Positions 27,345 through 36,846 of a stretch of 64,000 bases of DNA are shown piece by piece. A program made the position numbers and the translations under genes. Source of the DNA: an uncultured Gemmatimonadales bacterium (lineage in GTDB: Bacteria; Gemmatimonadota; Gemmatimonadetes; Gemmatimonadales; GWC2-71-9); contig CAVVKJ010000010.1 of the NCBI GenBank assembly GCA_963748815.1, positions 192,001-256,000 of the forward strand, written 5' to 3'. The notes beneath the pieces are model-generated. The model saw only the letters and a list, made by a program, of their open reading frames with translations, searched no databases and was not told the origin of the DNA. The stretch's first letter is position 1. Each line of letters starts with the position of its first letter.

Positions 27345-27414
27345 GTCACCCCGGCGAAAGCCGGGGTCTATTGGCCGACCCCAAAATGGATCCCGGCTTT
27401 CGCCGGGATGACGG
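27345..27414. repeat. REP doublet (inverted pair, REPIN/BIME-like)
   Basis: GTCACCCCGGCGAAAGCCGGGGTCTA-spacer-TGGATCCCGGCTTTCGCCGGGATGACGG. Confidence 0.85.
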
Positions 27415-27429
27415 CCCTAGCACCTTTGG

Positions 27430-27470
27430 CCCCGCTTCCCCGCTTCCCCGTTCGATCCCCGCTTCCCCGC
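27430..27470. repeat. Short tandem octamer repeats (CCCCGCTT-like)
   Basis: cccgcttccccgcttccccg...ccccgcttccccgc. Confidence 0.7.
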
Positions 27471-27474
27471 TACG

Positions 27475-29031
27475 CTACCCCCAGATCACTCCCTCTCGCT
27501 GCACCAGTGCCCGCAGGTCGACCCGTGGTTTCCGGCACACCCAGATCGGGACTTCCTGCTCCTCGTCCACACCCCACGGATTGCGCGACCACGGCTGCCT
27601 CGGTCGACCTCGTCGAAGATCGCATCGAGCCCGTCGCGCGAGCCGCCGACCACGATCGTCGTGCCCCTCGCCCAGGTTGCCCCATCCCCAGGCGAAGAAA
27701 TCGCCGTGGCGGCTCACGGGATAGGGCAGTCCGAGGCCGGGACCGTAGACCGCCAACGCGCCCGTGCGACCATAGTTGATGCCGAAGATCGTGGTGGTGG
27801 CCCGCTCGCCATCGGGCAGGGAGTGGTAGACCGCCGCGACACCTTGGACCATCTCTTCCCAGCCGGTCATGTCGGCATAGTCCTGCGGGAGTGGAAGCAC
27901 CGTCCCGTAGTTCGTCTCGGTGGCGCGTGTCGCGCCGAGACGGGCTGCGTATTGTGCCATCTGCGGGGGCGGCAGCAGGGGCACTCCAATCGGCAGAAGG
28001 GCAATGCCGAGCAGGGCGAACGCTCCCAGGGTTGCGACGAAGACCGGGCGCGGGATGGGGCGGGCAATCATGGCGGCCATGTAGGCGCACGCTGCGGCGA
28101 GCAGCGCCGGGTGGACCGGGTCGAAGTAGTACGGCTTGCCTCCCACCACGAGGAAGGCGCCGAAGATGGTGCACGCCAGAATTCCGAGTGGCCGGAAGGG
28201 CCGGAGCCGGCGCGAAAGGAGGAGGGCCCCGATCCCGATCAGCCAGAGCAGCGCACCGGGTCCCAACGAGTGAAACTGACCGGTGAAGAACTCCAGGCGG
28301 CTCACGCGCGCCAGTTGCCCGGCCTGCAGCGCCGGCGTCTGGGCCAGGAACGGCCACCCGTTCGCCACCTGCCCGGTCAGGCTCGGCAGGGCCAGCACGC
28401 CGCCGATCGCCGCGGCGAGCCAGGGCCAGCGGGTGGCGAGGTCGCGCCGGAGCGGGGAACAGACGACCGCGACGACCACCCCGAGCCCGAGAAAGGCGAC
28501 GCTGAACTTCGTCATCGCCCCCAGCCCGACTCCGACGCCGAGCGCCAGCCACCAGCGTCGGTCACGGCCGGCGAGCAGCTTCGTCAGGGCCAGCAGCGCG
28601 AGCCCCCACCAGGCTCGCTCGAACACGACCGGCTGGAAGAGCGTCCCCCCTCGCTCGAAGGTGGGCGCGAAGAGAATGGCCGCGGCGGTGAAGAGCTGCG
28701 CGCGTTGGCTCCCGCCGAGTTCGCGGCAGATGAGCGCTGCCACGAGCGTGAGCGAGGCGCCGGCGAGTGACGCCAGCAGGTTGACGGCGGCGAGGAGCGG
28801 CAGCGGAAGCGCGCGGGCCAGTTCCGCCAGGATGGCGATCAGCGGAGGGAACTGCATCCGGAAGAGGTCGAGGTGATCGCCCATCGAGAGATAGAGGAGC
28901 GAGTCCCGGTTGAATCCATACCCCGGCCGGGGCAGGAGGTGCACCGCCATGAAGGCGAGCGCCACGATCCAGACCCCGACCGGCAGGCGTGCCTTTTGGG
29001 CGGCTCGCGTCGCTGCTACGAAATCGGCCAT
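27475..29031 (-). CDS. GT-C/GT39 (ArnT/PMT-like) membrane glycosyltransferase
   Basis: Multi-TM; YGFNRDSLLY, FPPLI, GLGAMTKFS, GGKPYY, DYADMTGWEE; probable compensating indels near 27580-27670. Confidence 0.8.
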   Translation of the reverse strand: MADFVAATRAAQKARLPVGVWIVALAFMAVHLLPRPGYGFNRDSLLYLSMGDHLDLFRMQFPPLIAILAELARALPLPLLAAVNLLASLAGASLTLVAALICRELGGSQRAQLFTAAAILFAPTFERGGTLFQPVVFERAWWGLALLALTKLLAGRDRRWWLALGVGVGLGAMTKFSVAFLGLGVVVAVVCSPLRRDLATRWPWLAAAIGGVLALPSLTGQVANGWPFLAQTPALQAGQLARVSRLEFFTGQFHSLGPGALLWLIGIGALLLSRRLRPFRPLGILACTIFGAFLVVGGKPYYFDPVHPALLAAACAYMAAMIARPIPRPVFVATLGAFALLGIALLPIGVPLLPPPQMAQYAARLGATRATETNYGTVLPLPQDYADMTGWEEMVQGVAAVYHSLPDGERATTTIFGINYGRTGALAVYGPGLGLPYPVSRHGDFFAWGWGNLGEGHDDRGRRLARRARCDLRRGRPRQPWSRNPWGVDEEQEVPIWVCRKPRVDLRALVQREGVIWG

Positions 29032-29078
29032 TGCATCAACGCTTCCCCTTTCGTGCCTTCGCTGCCCCGATCGCGACT

Positions 29079-29236
29079 CCGATCACCACGCCGATCACCA
29101 CGCCGATCGTCACCCCGGCGAAAGCCGGGGTCCATCGCCTTCGGTCAACATGGATCCCGGCTTGCGCCGGGATGACGGCTGTTTGATCGTCCCACTTCCC
29201 CGCTTCCCCACTTCCCCGCTTCCCCGCTTCCCCGCC
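29079..29236. repeat. Composite repeat: 12-mer tandem + REP doublet + octamer tandem
   Basis: (CCGATCACCACG)x2, CGTCACCCCGGCGAAAGCCGGGGTCCA...TGGATCCCGGCTTGCGCCGGGATGACG (29108-29177), then about five CCCC(A/G)CTT units. Confidence 0.85.
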
Positions 29237-30426
29237 TACTCCGCCACTACCTTGTACACCCGCCCACTCGCCATCGCGATGTACACCTCGCCGTCTGCAT
29301 CCTCACCGAAGCCGGCCAGGTTGTCCGCCGGAATGGTCGGCGCCCACACCGTCACGTCGCTCACGGTGCCGGACGACGATCGGGTCAGGCTCCGAAAGGT
29401 GTTGCGGCAGAAGTCGCCGAAGAGGTAGGTCCCCTGCCGCCCGGGAATCGCCGAGCCGCGGTAGACGACGCCGCCGATGACCGAGCACCCCTCGCTGTGC
29501 GAATATTCATGGACGGGCGGTGTGAGCCCCGCCGAAGGGCAGCCGGTCGCCGGGATCCAGCAGGCGTTCCCCTCGCGATACGGCCAGCCGTAATTGAGCC
29601 CGCCTGTACCGGCCGCGGAGAAGTTGATTTCCTCCCAGCTGTCCTCGCCGACGTCGCCCCACCAGAGGTCGCCGGTCTGCCGGTCCACACTCCAACGGTA
29701 CGGATTGCGGAGGCCGACGTGGTAGATCTCGCCTCGCCATCCCGGCCGGCCGACGAATGGGTTGCTGCCCGGGATCGCGTACGGTGCGGCGCCGTCCACG
29801 CCGATGCGCAGCATCTTCCCGAGGAGCGAGGTGCTGTCCTGCGCGGGGCTCGTCGGGACGGCGCCCGTCTCGCCGTCGCCAGTCGCAAGGTAGAGGAGGC
29901 CATCCCGCCCGAAGGTGACCGTCCCGCCGTAGTGAATCGCGTAGCTCGGCTGCGAGAACTGGAGAATCGTACGGACCGGCACCGGGCTCGCGTGATCGAA
30001 GCTCGGCGTGGCGGTCAGCTCGATCAGCCGCGTGTCCTCGTTCTGGTCGATGAGGTAGGCGAAGAGCCGCCGGTTGGTGGCGTACTGCGGATGAAAGGCG
30101 ATGCTGAGCACGCCGTACTCCCGCGCCACGCCCGGGGCGCCGGTCAACCCGGTCAGGTTCACAAAGGCGGAATCGAGCCGGACGCCGTTCTTGCGGAGCA
30201 CCACGCGGCCGCCCCGTTCGAGGACCATGAGCCGGCTGGTGTCGCCCGGCGGCGCGATGACCTGGATGGGAAAGTCGTATCCGCTGTCGATCGCCGCGAG
30301 CGACAGGTTGGGCGGCGGTGCGGACGGACCCGCGGCATCGCTGCCGCAGCCGAGGGCGACTGCCACGAGGCAGGGGAGCGCCAGGTGAAACGCCCGGCGG
30401 GCTGGCTGCTGGGGACCTGCCGACAT
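29236..30426 (-). CDS. PQQ-dependent sugar dehydrogenase (GSDH/sorbosone dehydrogenase-like), predicted lipoprotein
   Basis: Lipobox VALGC; EYGVLSIAFHP, HYGGTVTFGRDGLLYLATGDG, GLRNPYRWS, GDVGEDSWEEIN, NYGWP. Confidence 0.9.
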   Translation of the reverse strand: MSAGPQQPARRAFHLALPCLVAVALGCGSDAAGPSAPPPNLSLAAIDSGYDFPIQVIAPPGDTSRLMVLERGGRVVLRKNGVRLDSAFVNLTGLTGAPGVAREYGVLSIAFHPQYATNRRLFAYLIDQNEDTRLIELTATPSFDHASPVPVRTILQFSQPSYAIHYGGTVTFGRDGLLYLATGDGETGAVPTSPAQDSTSLLGKMLRIGVDGAAPYAIPGSNPFVGRPGWRGEIYHVGLRNPYRWSVDRQTGDLWWGDVGEDSWEEINFSAAGTGGLNYGWPYREGNACWIPATGCPSAGLTPPVHEYSHSEGCSVIGGVVYRGSAIPGRQGTYLFGDFCRNTFRSLTRSSSGTVSDVTVWAPTIPADNLAGFGEDADGEVYIAMASGRVYKVVAE

Positions 30427-30555
30427 CGACACTCCGGCTTCGCGGTGTTGGGGGAGCGCCCGCAGGCGCCGACGGTAATCTAATGGGAGGGCGGGGTGAA
30501 ACCTTGCGCGTCCGGTGGTAGATTGGGGGGAATATTCCTCATGCCGGGACGGCCC

Positions 30556-31773
30556 ATGGACTTGCCCTTCTACTTTGGCGAACAGCATCTGCAGGTGCGC
30601 GACATGGTGCGGGAATTCGCCCGGACCGAGGTCGCTCCTGTCGCCAAGGAACTCGACCGCACCTCCGAATTTCTCTGGGACAGCGTCGCCAAGATGGGGC
30701 CGCTCGGGCTCCTCGGTGTGCCCTGGCCGGAGGAGCTCGGCGGGGCCGGCATGGACCAGCTCTCCTACTACATCGTGCTCCATGAGCTCGCCAAGGTCGA
30801 CGCCAGCCACGCCCTGACCGTCAGCGCCCACACCAACCTCGGCACCTCCCCGATCGTCGAGTTCGGCACCCAGGCCCAGCGGGAGCGCTACGTGCCGCTG
30901 CTCGCGTCCGGCAGGGTGCTCGGCGGGTTTGGCCTGACCGAGCCCGGCGCCGGGAGCGACGCCGGCGGCACCGCGACCACCGCCGTTGACAAGGGCGACC
31001 ACTACGTCCTGAACGGATCGAAGGTCTTCATTACCCACGCCGGGGTCGGCGAGATCTTCTCCGTCACCGCGCGCACCTCGCCCGGCTCGGGGCATCGCGG
31101 AATCACCAGCTTCATCGTCACGAAGGATGCGGTGGACCTGGCCCGATGCAACGCCGTCGGCGTCGGGCACGCGGCCGACCTGCCGAAGACCAAGGGGGTG
31201 CGGGCGGGCAAGAAGGAAGACAAGATGGGGTGGAAGTCCTCCGACACCCGTGAGCTGATTCTCGAGGACGCCATCGTCCCGAAGGAAAACGTGCTCGGCA
31301 CCGTCGGCGAGGGCTTCGTCAACTTTCTCAAGACGCTCGATGCCGGCCGGATCGGGATTGCCGCCGTGTCGCTGGGCATCGCGGAGGGCGCGTACGAGGA
31401 GGCGCTCCGCTACGCCTCGGTCCGGAAGCAGTTCGGGAAGACGATCTCCAGCTTCCAGGGCATCAGCTTCCAGCTGGCCGACATGGCCACGGAAATCCAG
31501 GCGGGCACTCACCTCCTGTATCACGCCGCCTGGCTCAAGCAGAACGGCCGCCCGTTCAAGCAGGAGGCGGCCATGGCCAAGCTCTACTGCTCCGAACTCG
31601 CCATGCGGGCCACCACCAAGGCGGTCCAGATCTTCGGCGGATACGGGTACACGACCGATTATCCGGTCGAGCGGATGATGCGCGACGCCAAGGTCTGCGA
31701 GATCGGCGAAGGGACCAGCGAAATCCAGCGTATCGTCATTGCCAGGAACATCTTGGCTGGCCTGGAAGGGTAG
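30556..31773 (+). CDS. Acyl-CoA dehydrogenase
   Basis: [60 protein letters not shown]; alternative start ATG 30541. Confidence 0.95.
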   Translation: MDLPFYFGEQHLQVRDMVREFARTEVAPVAKELDRTSEFLWDSVAKMGPLGLLGVPWPEELGGAGMDQLSYYIVLHELAKVDASHALTVSAHTNLGTSPIVEFGTQAQRERYVPLLASGRVLGGFGLTEPGAGSDAGGTATTAVDKGDHYVLNGSKVFITHAGVGEIFSVTARTSPGSGHRGITSFIVTKDAVDLARCNAVGVGHAADLPKTKGVRAGKKEDKMGWKSSDTRELILEDAIVPKENVLGTVGEGFVNFLKTLDAGRIGIAAVSLGIAEGAYEEALRYASVRKQFGKTISSFQGISFQLADMATEIQAGTHLLYHAAWLKQNGRPFKQEAAMAKLYCSELAMRATTKAVQIFGGYGYTTDYPVERMMRDAKVCEIGEGTSEIQRIVIARNILAGLEG

Positions 31774-31787
31774 CCCCCGCCGCTCTA

Positions 31788-31816
31788 TTGCCGGAACCGG
31801 GGCCATGTCCTATGAT
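31788..31816 (+). promoter_or_regulatory. Putative sigma70 promoter upstream of the rne/rng leader
   Basis: TTGCCG-N17-TATGAT. Confidence 0.55.
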
Positions 31817-32219
31817 TGTGACATGAAGTCTGCTTCACTCACGCCTATTGCGGTCTTTTTCGCCTCCCGGGTCCGAGCCTGGGGGGCGACTGTGTTTGGT
31901 CTGATGTCTCGGTTGTCCGGCCGTACCTCTCCCCACGATTGCCCCTCACCGGCCGGTCCGGTTGGGCACTCGGGGCAGGGGAGGCCGGAGCTGCATTTTC
32001 GTCGTTTTCAGTCTCTGCTGGCGGGGTCCCCGCCCTCTGTCTTGTCCCACCTGAGTTCGATCCTCACCCTCCACGCCGGGGCGGGCCTGCGGGCCGTCCG
32101 GCGCGGTCTGGGTGAGGGATGGTCGACCCTGTGGGATTCCCTCGTACGGATCGGTGCCGCGTTCGACCAGGCCCTCCAGGGCCCTGCCGCTGCATGGCAG
32201 CCGATCGAGGTTCTCACGC

Positions 32220-33821
32220 GTGAAGCGCGAAATTCTCATCAATGGAGGCCGGCGGGAGACCCGCGTGGCCATCCTCGAGGACGATCGGCTCGTCGAGCTC
32301 CTCTACGACCGTCCTGATCAGCGCCGTTCCCTCGGCGACATCTACCTCGGCCGCGTCGACGCGGTCCTCCCCGGCATCCAGGCCGCCTTTGTAGACATCG
32401 GCCTGGAAAAATCGGCGTTCCTGCACGCCTCCGACCTCCTCGAACCCGAGGAGGACGACGACCCCGACGAAGATGATGTCGCGGACGTCCCCGATACCGA
32501 TGGCGCGGAAGCGTCCGCCGGGAACGGGCGGGACAAGGCCGCCCCGCGCCAGCGCGAGGTCGACCACCGGGCCGCCGTCCCCGACATCTCGGAGCTCCTG
32601 AAGAAGGGGCAGACCATCCTGGTGCAGGTCACCAAGGAGCCGATCAGCACCAAGGGTTCCCGGGTGACCGCGCAGATTTCCCTCCCCGGTCGATTCCTGG
32701 TCTACATGCCCTTCGCGTCCCGCGTGGGCGTCAGCCGCAAAATCGAGAGCCGAGAGGCCCGCTCCAAGCTCCGGGAGATGGTCCGCAAGGCGCTGCCGGA
32801 CGATGCCGGCGGCGTCATCGTCCGCACCGTGGCCGAAGGGGTGACGGAGGAACAGGTCACCCGCGAAATCGAGTCGCTCCTCGGCCTGTGGAAGAAGATC
32901 AACCGGAAAAAGGGGTTCGTGAAGGCGCCGGCCCTGGTGCAGCGGGAAACCAGCCTCACCCGCGGGATCATTCGCGACCTCTTCAGCGCGAAGGTGGACG
33001 CGCTGCACGTCGACTCCAAGGAACTGTTCAACGAGGTGGAGCAGTACCTCGAGCAGGTCGACCCCGACCTGATGCAGCGGGTGCACCACTACACCGGCGA
33101 CCAGCCGCTCTTCGACAAGTTCGACATCGAGTCGGAAATCCGCGACCTCTTCAAGCCGCGCTGCGAGCTCCCCACCGGCGGGTCGATCATCATCCAGCCG
33201 ACGGAAGCGCTCGTCTCCATCGACGTGAACACCGGCCGCTACACCGGCAAGAAGGATCCGGAGAAGACGATCCTCCGCACCAACATGGAGGCGGCCAAGG
33301 AAATCGCGCGGCAGCTCCGGCTGCGGGACGTCGGCGGCATCATCGTCTGCGACTTCATCGACATGGACACCCGGTCCAACCGGGAAAAGGTGCTGCAGGA
33401 GCTGCGGACCCATCTGGCCCGGGACCGGGCCCGGACCAAGGCCTTTGCCGTCTCGGAACTGGGCCTGATCGAGATGACCCGCCAGCGGGTCCGGCCGTCG
33501 CTCTGGGCCTCCCAGACCACCGAGTGCCCCACCTGCGCCGGCAGCGGCCGGGTCTTCAAGCCGGAAATCGTCACCCGCCGGCTGGAGCGGTCGCTCCGTC
33601 GGGCGGGCCACGAGCACCGGGAACGCCAACTGGCCGTCCGGCTCCACCCCGAGGTGGCCATCTACATGCTGGAGGAGGAGCCGAAGCTCCTCCAGGCCCT
33701 GATCCGGGCCACGGGGCTGGAGCTGGAGCTCCGGGACGACCCGATGATGCGGCTCGACGAATTCCGGCTCATGAGCCGGCCCGGGGGCCGGGACGTGACT
33801 GAGCTTTACGCTGTCGCGTGA
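32220..33821 (+). CDS. Rne/Rng family ribonuclease (RNase G-sized)
   Basis: GDIYLGRV...LPGIQAAFVDIG, VQVTKEPISTKG, IDVNTG, ARQLRLRDVGGIIVCDFIDM, CPTCAGSG; GTG start after GAGG. Confidence 0.93.
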   Translation: MKREILINGGRRETRVAILEDDRLVELLYDRPDQRRSLGDIYLGRVDAVLPGIQAAFVDIGLEKSAFLHASDLLEPEEDDDPDEDDVADVPDTDGAEASAGNGRDKAAPRQREVDHRAAVPDISELLKKGQTILVQVTKEPISTKGSRVTAQISLPGRFLVYMPFASRVGVSRKIESREARSKLREMVRKALPDDAGGVIVRTVAEGVTEEQVTREIESLLGLWKKINRKKGFVKAPALVQRETSLTRGIIRDLFSAKVDALHVDSKELFNEVEQYLEQVDPDLMQRVHHYTGDQPLFDKFDIESEIRDLFKPRCELPTGGSIIIQPTEALVSIDVNTGRYTGKKDPEKTILRTNMEAAKEIARQLRLRDVGGIIVCDFIDMDTRSNREKVLQELRTHLARDRARTKAFAVSELGLIEMTRQRVRPSLWASQTTECPTCAGSGRVFKPEIVTRRLERSLRRAGHEHRERQLAVRLHPEVAIYMLEEEPKLLQALIRATGLELELRDDPMMRLDEFRLMSRPGGRDVTELYAVA

Positions 33822-33870
33822 AGCGGCGGGGCCGCAGGGCAGCGGGGCAGGGGGCAGGGCGGCAGAAGAT

Positions 33871-33928
33871 CGTCATTCCCGCGAAAGCGGGAATCCAGAT
33901 GCTGGACCCCCGCTTCCGCGGGGGTGAC
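33871..33928. repeat. REP doublet variant
   Basis: CGTCATTCCCGCGAAAGCGGGAATCCA-GATGC-TGGACCCCCGCTTCCGCGGGGGTGAC, flanked by GGGGCAG-type short repeats. Confidence 0.8.
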
Positions 33929-34022
33929 CTCGCTGGCGAGGGGAAGGGCAGGTTGGCCGAGGGCAGGGGCAGGTTGTCCTCGGGGCGGACTGCCCGGCGT
34001 CCCCGCTGGCCCGCTTCCCCGC

Positions 34023-34051
34023 TTGACCTAACGCCTGCCCCCGGCTAGACT
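34023..34051 (+). promoter_or_regulatory. Putative sigma70 promoter of rplU-rpmA
   Basis: TTGACC-N17-TAGACT. Confidence 0.65.
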
Positions 34052-34094
34052 TCAGGGCTTGCAACGGAACCACCTTTTGGCAACGAGTTGAGTC

Positions 34095-34409
34095 ATGTAC
34101 GCGATTTTCAAGGCGCTGGGAAAGCAATTCCGTGCGGAGAAGGGCAAGGTCGTGCGCCTTCCGCTTATGGAAGCCGAGCCCGGCTCCAAGGTCACCTTTG
34201 ACGAGGTGCTCCTGTCGTCCGATGGTACCACGGTCAAGGCCGGCACCCCGTTGGTCAAGGGCGCCAAGGTCACGGCCGAGGTCGTGGGCGACGGCAAGGA
34301 AAAGAAGATCTACGTCTTCAAGTTCAAGCGGCGGAAGGGCTATCGCCGGAAGACCGGTCACCGCCAGAAGTTCACCGAAGTTCTGATCACCGACGTCAAG
34401 GTAGGGTGA
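34095..34409 (+). CDS. rplU: 50S ribosomal protein L21
   Basis: [13 protein letters not shown]...[16 protein letters not shown]. Confidence 0.97.
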   Translation: MYAIFKALGKQFRAEKGKVVRLPLMEAEPGSKVTFDEVLLSSDGTTVKAGTPLVKGAKVTAEVVGDGKEKKIYVFKFKRRKGYRRKTGHRQKFTEVLITDVKVG

Positions 34410-34416
34410 GGCTCTC

Positions 34417-34683
34417 ATGGCTCATAAAAAGGGCGTAGGCTCCAGCCGCAACGGCCGCAACAGCAATCCGCAGTACCTCGGCATCAAGAAGTTCGGTGGC
34501 GAGAACGTGATTGCCGGCAACATCCTGGTCCGCCAGCGGGGCACCGTCATCCATGCCGGCAAGAATGTCGGCCAGGGCACCGACGACACCCTCTTCGCCA
34601 AGGTCGATGGCGTGGTCAAGTTCGAGTACCGCGACAAGGGCCGGAAGAAGGTCTCGGTCTACCCGAAGGAAGCCACCGCGTAG
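34417..34683 (+). CDS. rpmA: 50S ribosomal protein L27
   Basis: [14 protein letters not shown]...[10 protein letters not shown]. Confidence 0.98.
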   Translation: MAHKKGVGSSRNGRNSNPQYLGIKKFGGENVIAGNILVRQRGTVIHAGKNVGQGTDDTLFAKVDGVVKFEYRDKGRKKVSVYPKEATA

Positions 34684-34705
34684 GCCAGGGTTTCGGGAAG
34701 CAAAT

Positions 34706-34742
34706 GGGGGATGCGGCCAGCGCCGCATCCCCCTTATTATTG
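34706..34742 (+). terminator. Rho-independent terminator after rpmA
   Basis: 12-bp stem GGGGGATGCGGC / GCCGCATCCCCC with a 4-nt loop, followed by TTATTATT. Confidence 0.8.
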
Positions 34743-34829
34743 CCCTGAATCCACCTGGCAGGGTTCGAAATGAAACATTCCGGGTGCGGCGCCCGTCAGG
34801 TGCGCTGTTCCCGACAACGGAGACCCACC

Positions 34830-35210
34830 ATGTCGTCCATTTTTTCCAGGCTGAACAGCGAACTCGAGAACTTCGGTCGGCGGGCCACCGCCGCCCTCGA
34901 TGAGGGCCGGCTCCAGATCGAGTTGATGCGGGTCAAGCGCCGCCGCGACAACGCCGCCCGCGACCTCGGCATGATCGCCTACCATCGTGAGAAGGGCGTG
35001 GAACAGGACCAGCGGCGGGTGGATGCGCTGGTGCTGAAGATCGGCGACCTGGAGACCCAGATCGCCTCGATCGAGACCCAGATCGCCACGCAGAAGGCCG
35101 AGGTCGTCTCGGTCACCGACACCGTGGAGGACGACGCCGAGTCCGAGCTCGATCCGGAGGAGCCGATCGTGGACGAGGCCGCCGCCGCGCCCCAGGGAAA
35201 CGGGGAGTAG
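34830..35210 (+). CDS. Hypothetical coiled-coil protein with acidic tail
   Basis: GGAG RBS, ATG 34830; helical heptad pattern. Confidence 0.7.
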   Translation: MSSIFSRLNSELENFGRRATAALDEGRLQIELMRVKRRRDNAARDLGMIAYHREKGVEQDQRRVDALVLKIGDLETQIASIETQIATQKAEVVSVTDTVEDDAESELDPEEPIVDEAAAAPQGNGE

Positions 35211-35213
35211 CCG

Positions 35214-35960
35214 CTACAGTCCGGTGCTGGAGACCAGTTCGAACTTCAGCGGGGCGCCGCTCATCTCCACTTTCAGGACGGTGTGCGGCGCCCGCTTGAG
35301 TATCAGGAACTCAACGTTGGTCGCCCCTCCCGACAACCGGGCCCGGTAGGCGTCGAAGGCGCCTGCAGGCACCATGGCGGTCTCTTCCCCCAGCACGTAC
35401 AACACCATCTCCGTCACCGAGTTTGTCCCCGCGCTGTACATCCAGAAATTCCATCCCGCCCCCTTCGCCCACGGGAGGGAGGGGAGCAGGGCCTGGACCG
35501 CGTTGTCGTCGACCGTCCCCGGCGGCACGGTGGTGTCCACCGCAAAGTGATTCGGTCCGGAGGACGTCACCGCCTGGACGTTGCCCGTCACCCGGCCGTC
35601 GGCATAGCTGACGTCGATGCCGCCCTCGATGTCGCGAATCATCCCCGATTGCTTCACCCGCCGGACCTGCCCCTCCTTCGTCATGCTGAGGGTGGTTTCC
35701 TGCAGCATCGCGGTCCCGATCACGGTCAGCTCGTGCACGACGAGGCTGTCGCCCTGTTGCTGCAGCCCCCAGACACTGGTTCCCATCGCCTGGTTGTTGA
35801 CGAGCACCACCATGCTGTCCCGGTGCGGGGTCAGGCGCTTGGTCTCGATCGGCAGCGGCCGGGTGAGCGACGGCCCCGCCGGCGCGGCGGGGTCCTGGGC
35901 GGCGGCGGTGCTGACGGCGACGAGGGCGAGTGCCCCGAGTGCGGCGAGCGTGTGGCGCAT
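35214..35960 (-). CDS. Secreted beta-rich hypothetical protein (DUF3108-like)
   Basis: Signal peptide MRHTLAALGALALVAVSTAAAQ; GEETAMVPAGAFDAY motif; AGGAG RBS. Confidence 0.7.
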   Translation of the reverse strand: MRHTLAALGALALVAVSTAAAQDPAAPAGPSLTRPLPIETKRLTPHRDSMVVLVNNQAMGTSVWGLQQQGDSLVVHELTVIGTAMLQETTLSMTKEGQVRRVKQSGMIRDIEGGIDVSYADGRVTGNVQAVTSSGPNHFAVDTTVPPGTVDDNAVQALLPSLPWAKGAGWNFWMYSAGTNSVTEMVLYVLGEETAMVPAGAFDAYRARLSGGATNVEFLILKRAPHTVLKVEMSGAPLKFELVSSTGL

Positions 35961-35982
35961 CACGGCAGGCTCCTGGTGGTGA

Positions 35983-36846
35983 TCAGCGGGTGATGGTGGG
36001 AAAGAGCCGGAGGCTCGTGTCCGACAGGACGGCCCGCTGCAGCTCGGCGGGAAGGGGAAGCGCACGAAAGGCGTCGAGGTTCTTCCGCAAATCGTGCACG
36101 CCAGGACTCGGCCAATCGGTGCCCCAGATGGTTTTGTGACCGATGTCCGACAGGCGGGGAAAATACTCGAGGAGTCGCGCCGGCGGGATCCCGGAGAGCT
36201 CGAGGTAGACGTTCGGGTGCCGGCGCAGCACGAAGAACGCCTCCTCCATCCAGAGGGGCCGCCCGCCATGGGCCATCACGATCGTCAGGTTCGGATAGTC
36301 GATCGCGACGTCGTCGATTTCCATCGGATTGCCCCACTTGGACCGCGCCCCGGGGAAGATGCTCGTCCCGGTGTGGATCAGCACGGGCAGCCCCCGCTCC
36401 TCGCAACGGCGGTAGATCCGTCCCAGCGCCTCGAGTCCCTCGGTGTAGGCGTTCGCCGGGTACAGCTGGTGTGGCGGATGAATCTTGAGGCAGCGGATGC
36501 CCATCGCGATCAGGCGGTCGACGTCGCCTTCGGGGTCGGTGGTGAACCGCGCGTGGACGCCGCCGTAGGGCAGGATCCGCTCCGGGTCGGCTTCGGCGTA
36601 GCGGGCGGAAAATTCGTTGGTGGAGTCGTCAAACCCCATCAGGTCGGGGCTCGGATAGTTGATGAGCGCCACCCGCCAGACACCGGAGGCGTCCATCACC
36701 TCGAGCAGCGCCTTGGGATCGTCCATCAGGGCGATGAGCCGCTCCCAGTGCGCTTCCTTGCCGACCCGCATGACATCCGCCACCGCCGGCTTCAGTTGCC
36801 GCCACGGCTGGATGTGGATGTGCATGTCGGATATGGGGTAGGTCAT
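35983..36846 (-). CDS. Amidohydrolase family 2 protein
   Basis: DMHIH, LKIHP, LPVLIHTG, VMAHGG, WGTDWP. Confidence 0.9.
   Translation of the reverse strand: MTYPISDMHIHIQPWRQLKPAVADVMRVGKEAHWERLIALMDDPKALLEVMDASGVWRVALINYPSPDLMGFDDSTNEFSARYAEADPERILPYGGVHARFTTDPEGDVDRLIAMGIRCLKIHPPHQLYPANAYTEGLEALGRIYRRCEERGLPVLIHTGTSIFPGARSKWGNPMEIDDVAIDYPNLTIVMAHGGRPLWMEEAFFVLRRHPNVYLELSGIPPARLLEYFPRLSDIGHKTIWGTDWPSPGVHDLRKNLDAFRALPLPAELQRAVLSDTSLRLFPTITR

Noticed and set aside
26764..29236. Repeat-spacer-repeat layout that could suggest CRISPR or integron attC cassettes
   Set aside because: Spacing is gene-sized and irregular, the units are REP-type hairpins, there are no attC GTTRRRY/RYYYAAC ends, and no cas or integrase gene is present
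29236..31806. 856-aa ORF suggesting a large N-terminal extension of the PQQ dehydrogenase
   Set aside because: The extension is the antisense frame of the acyl-CoA dehydrogenase; the real start is near 30426 with a signal peptide
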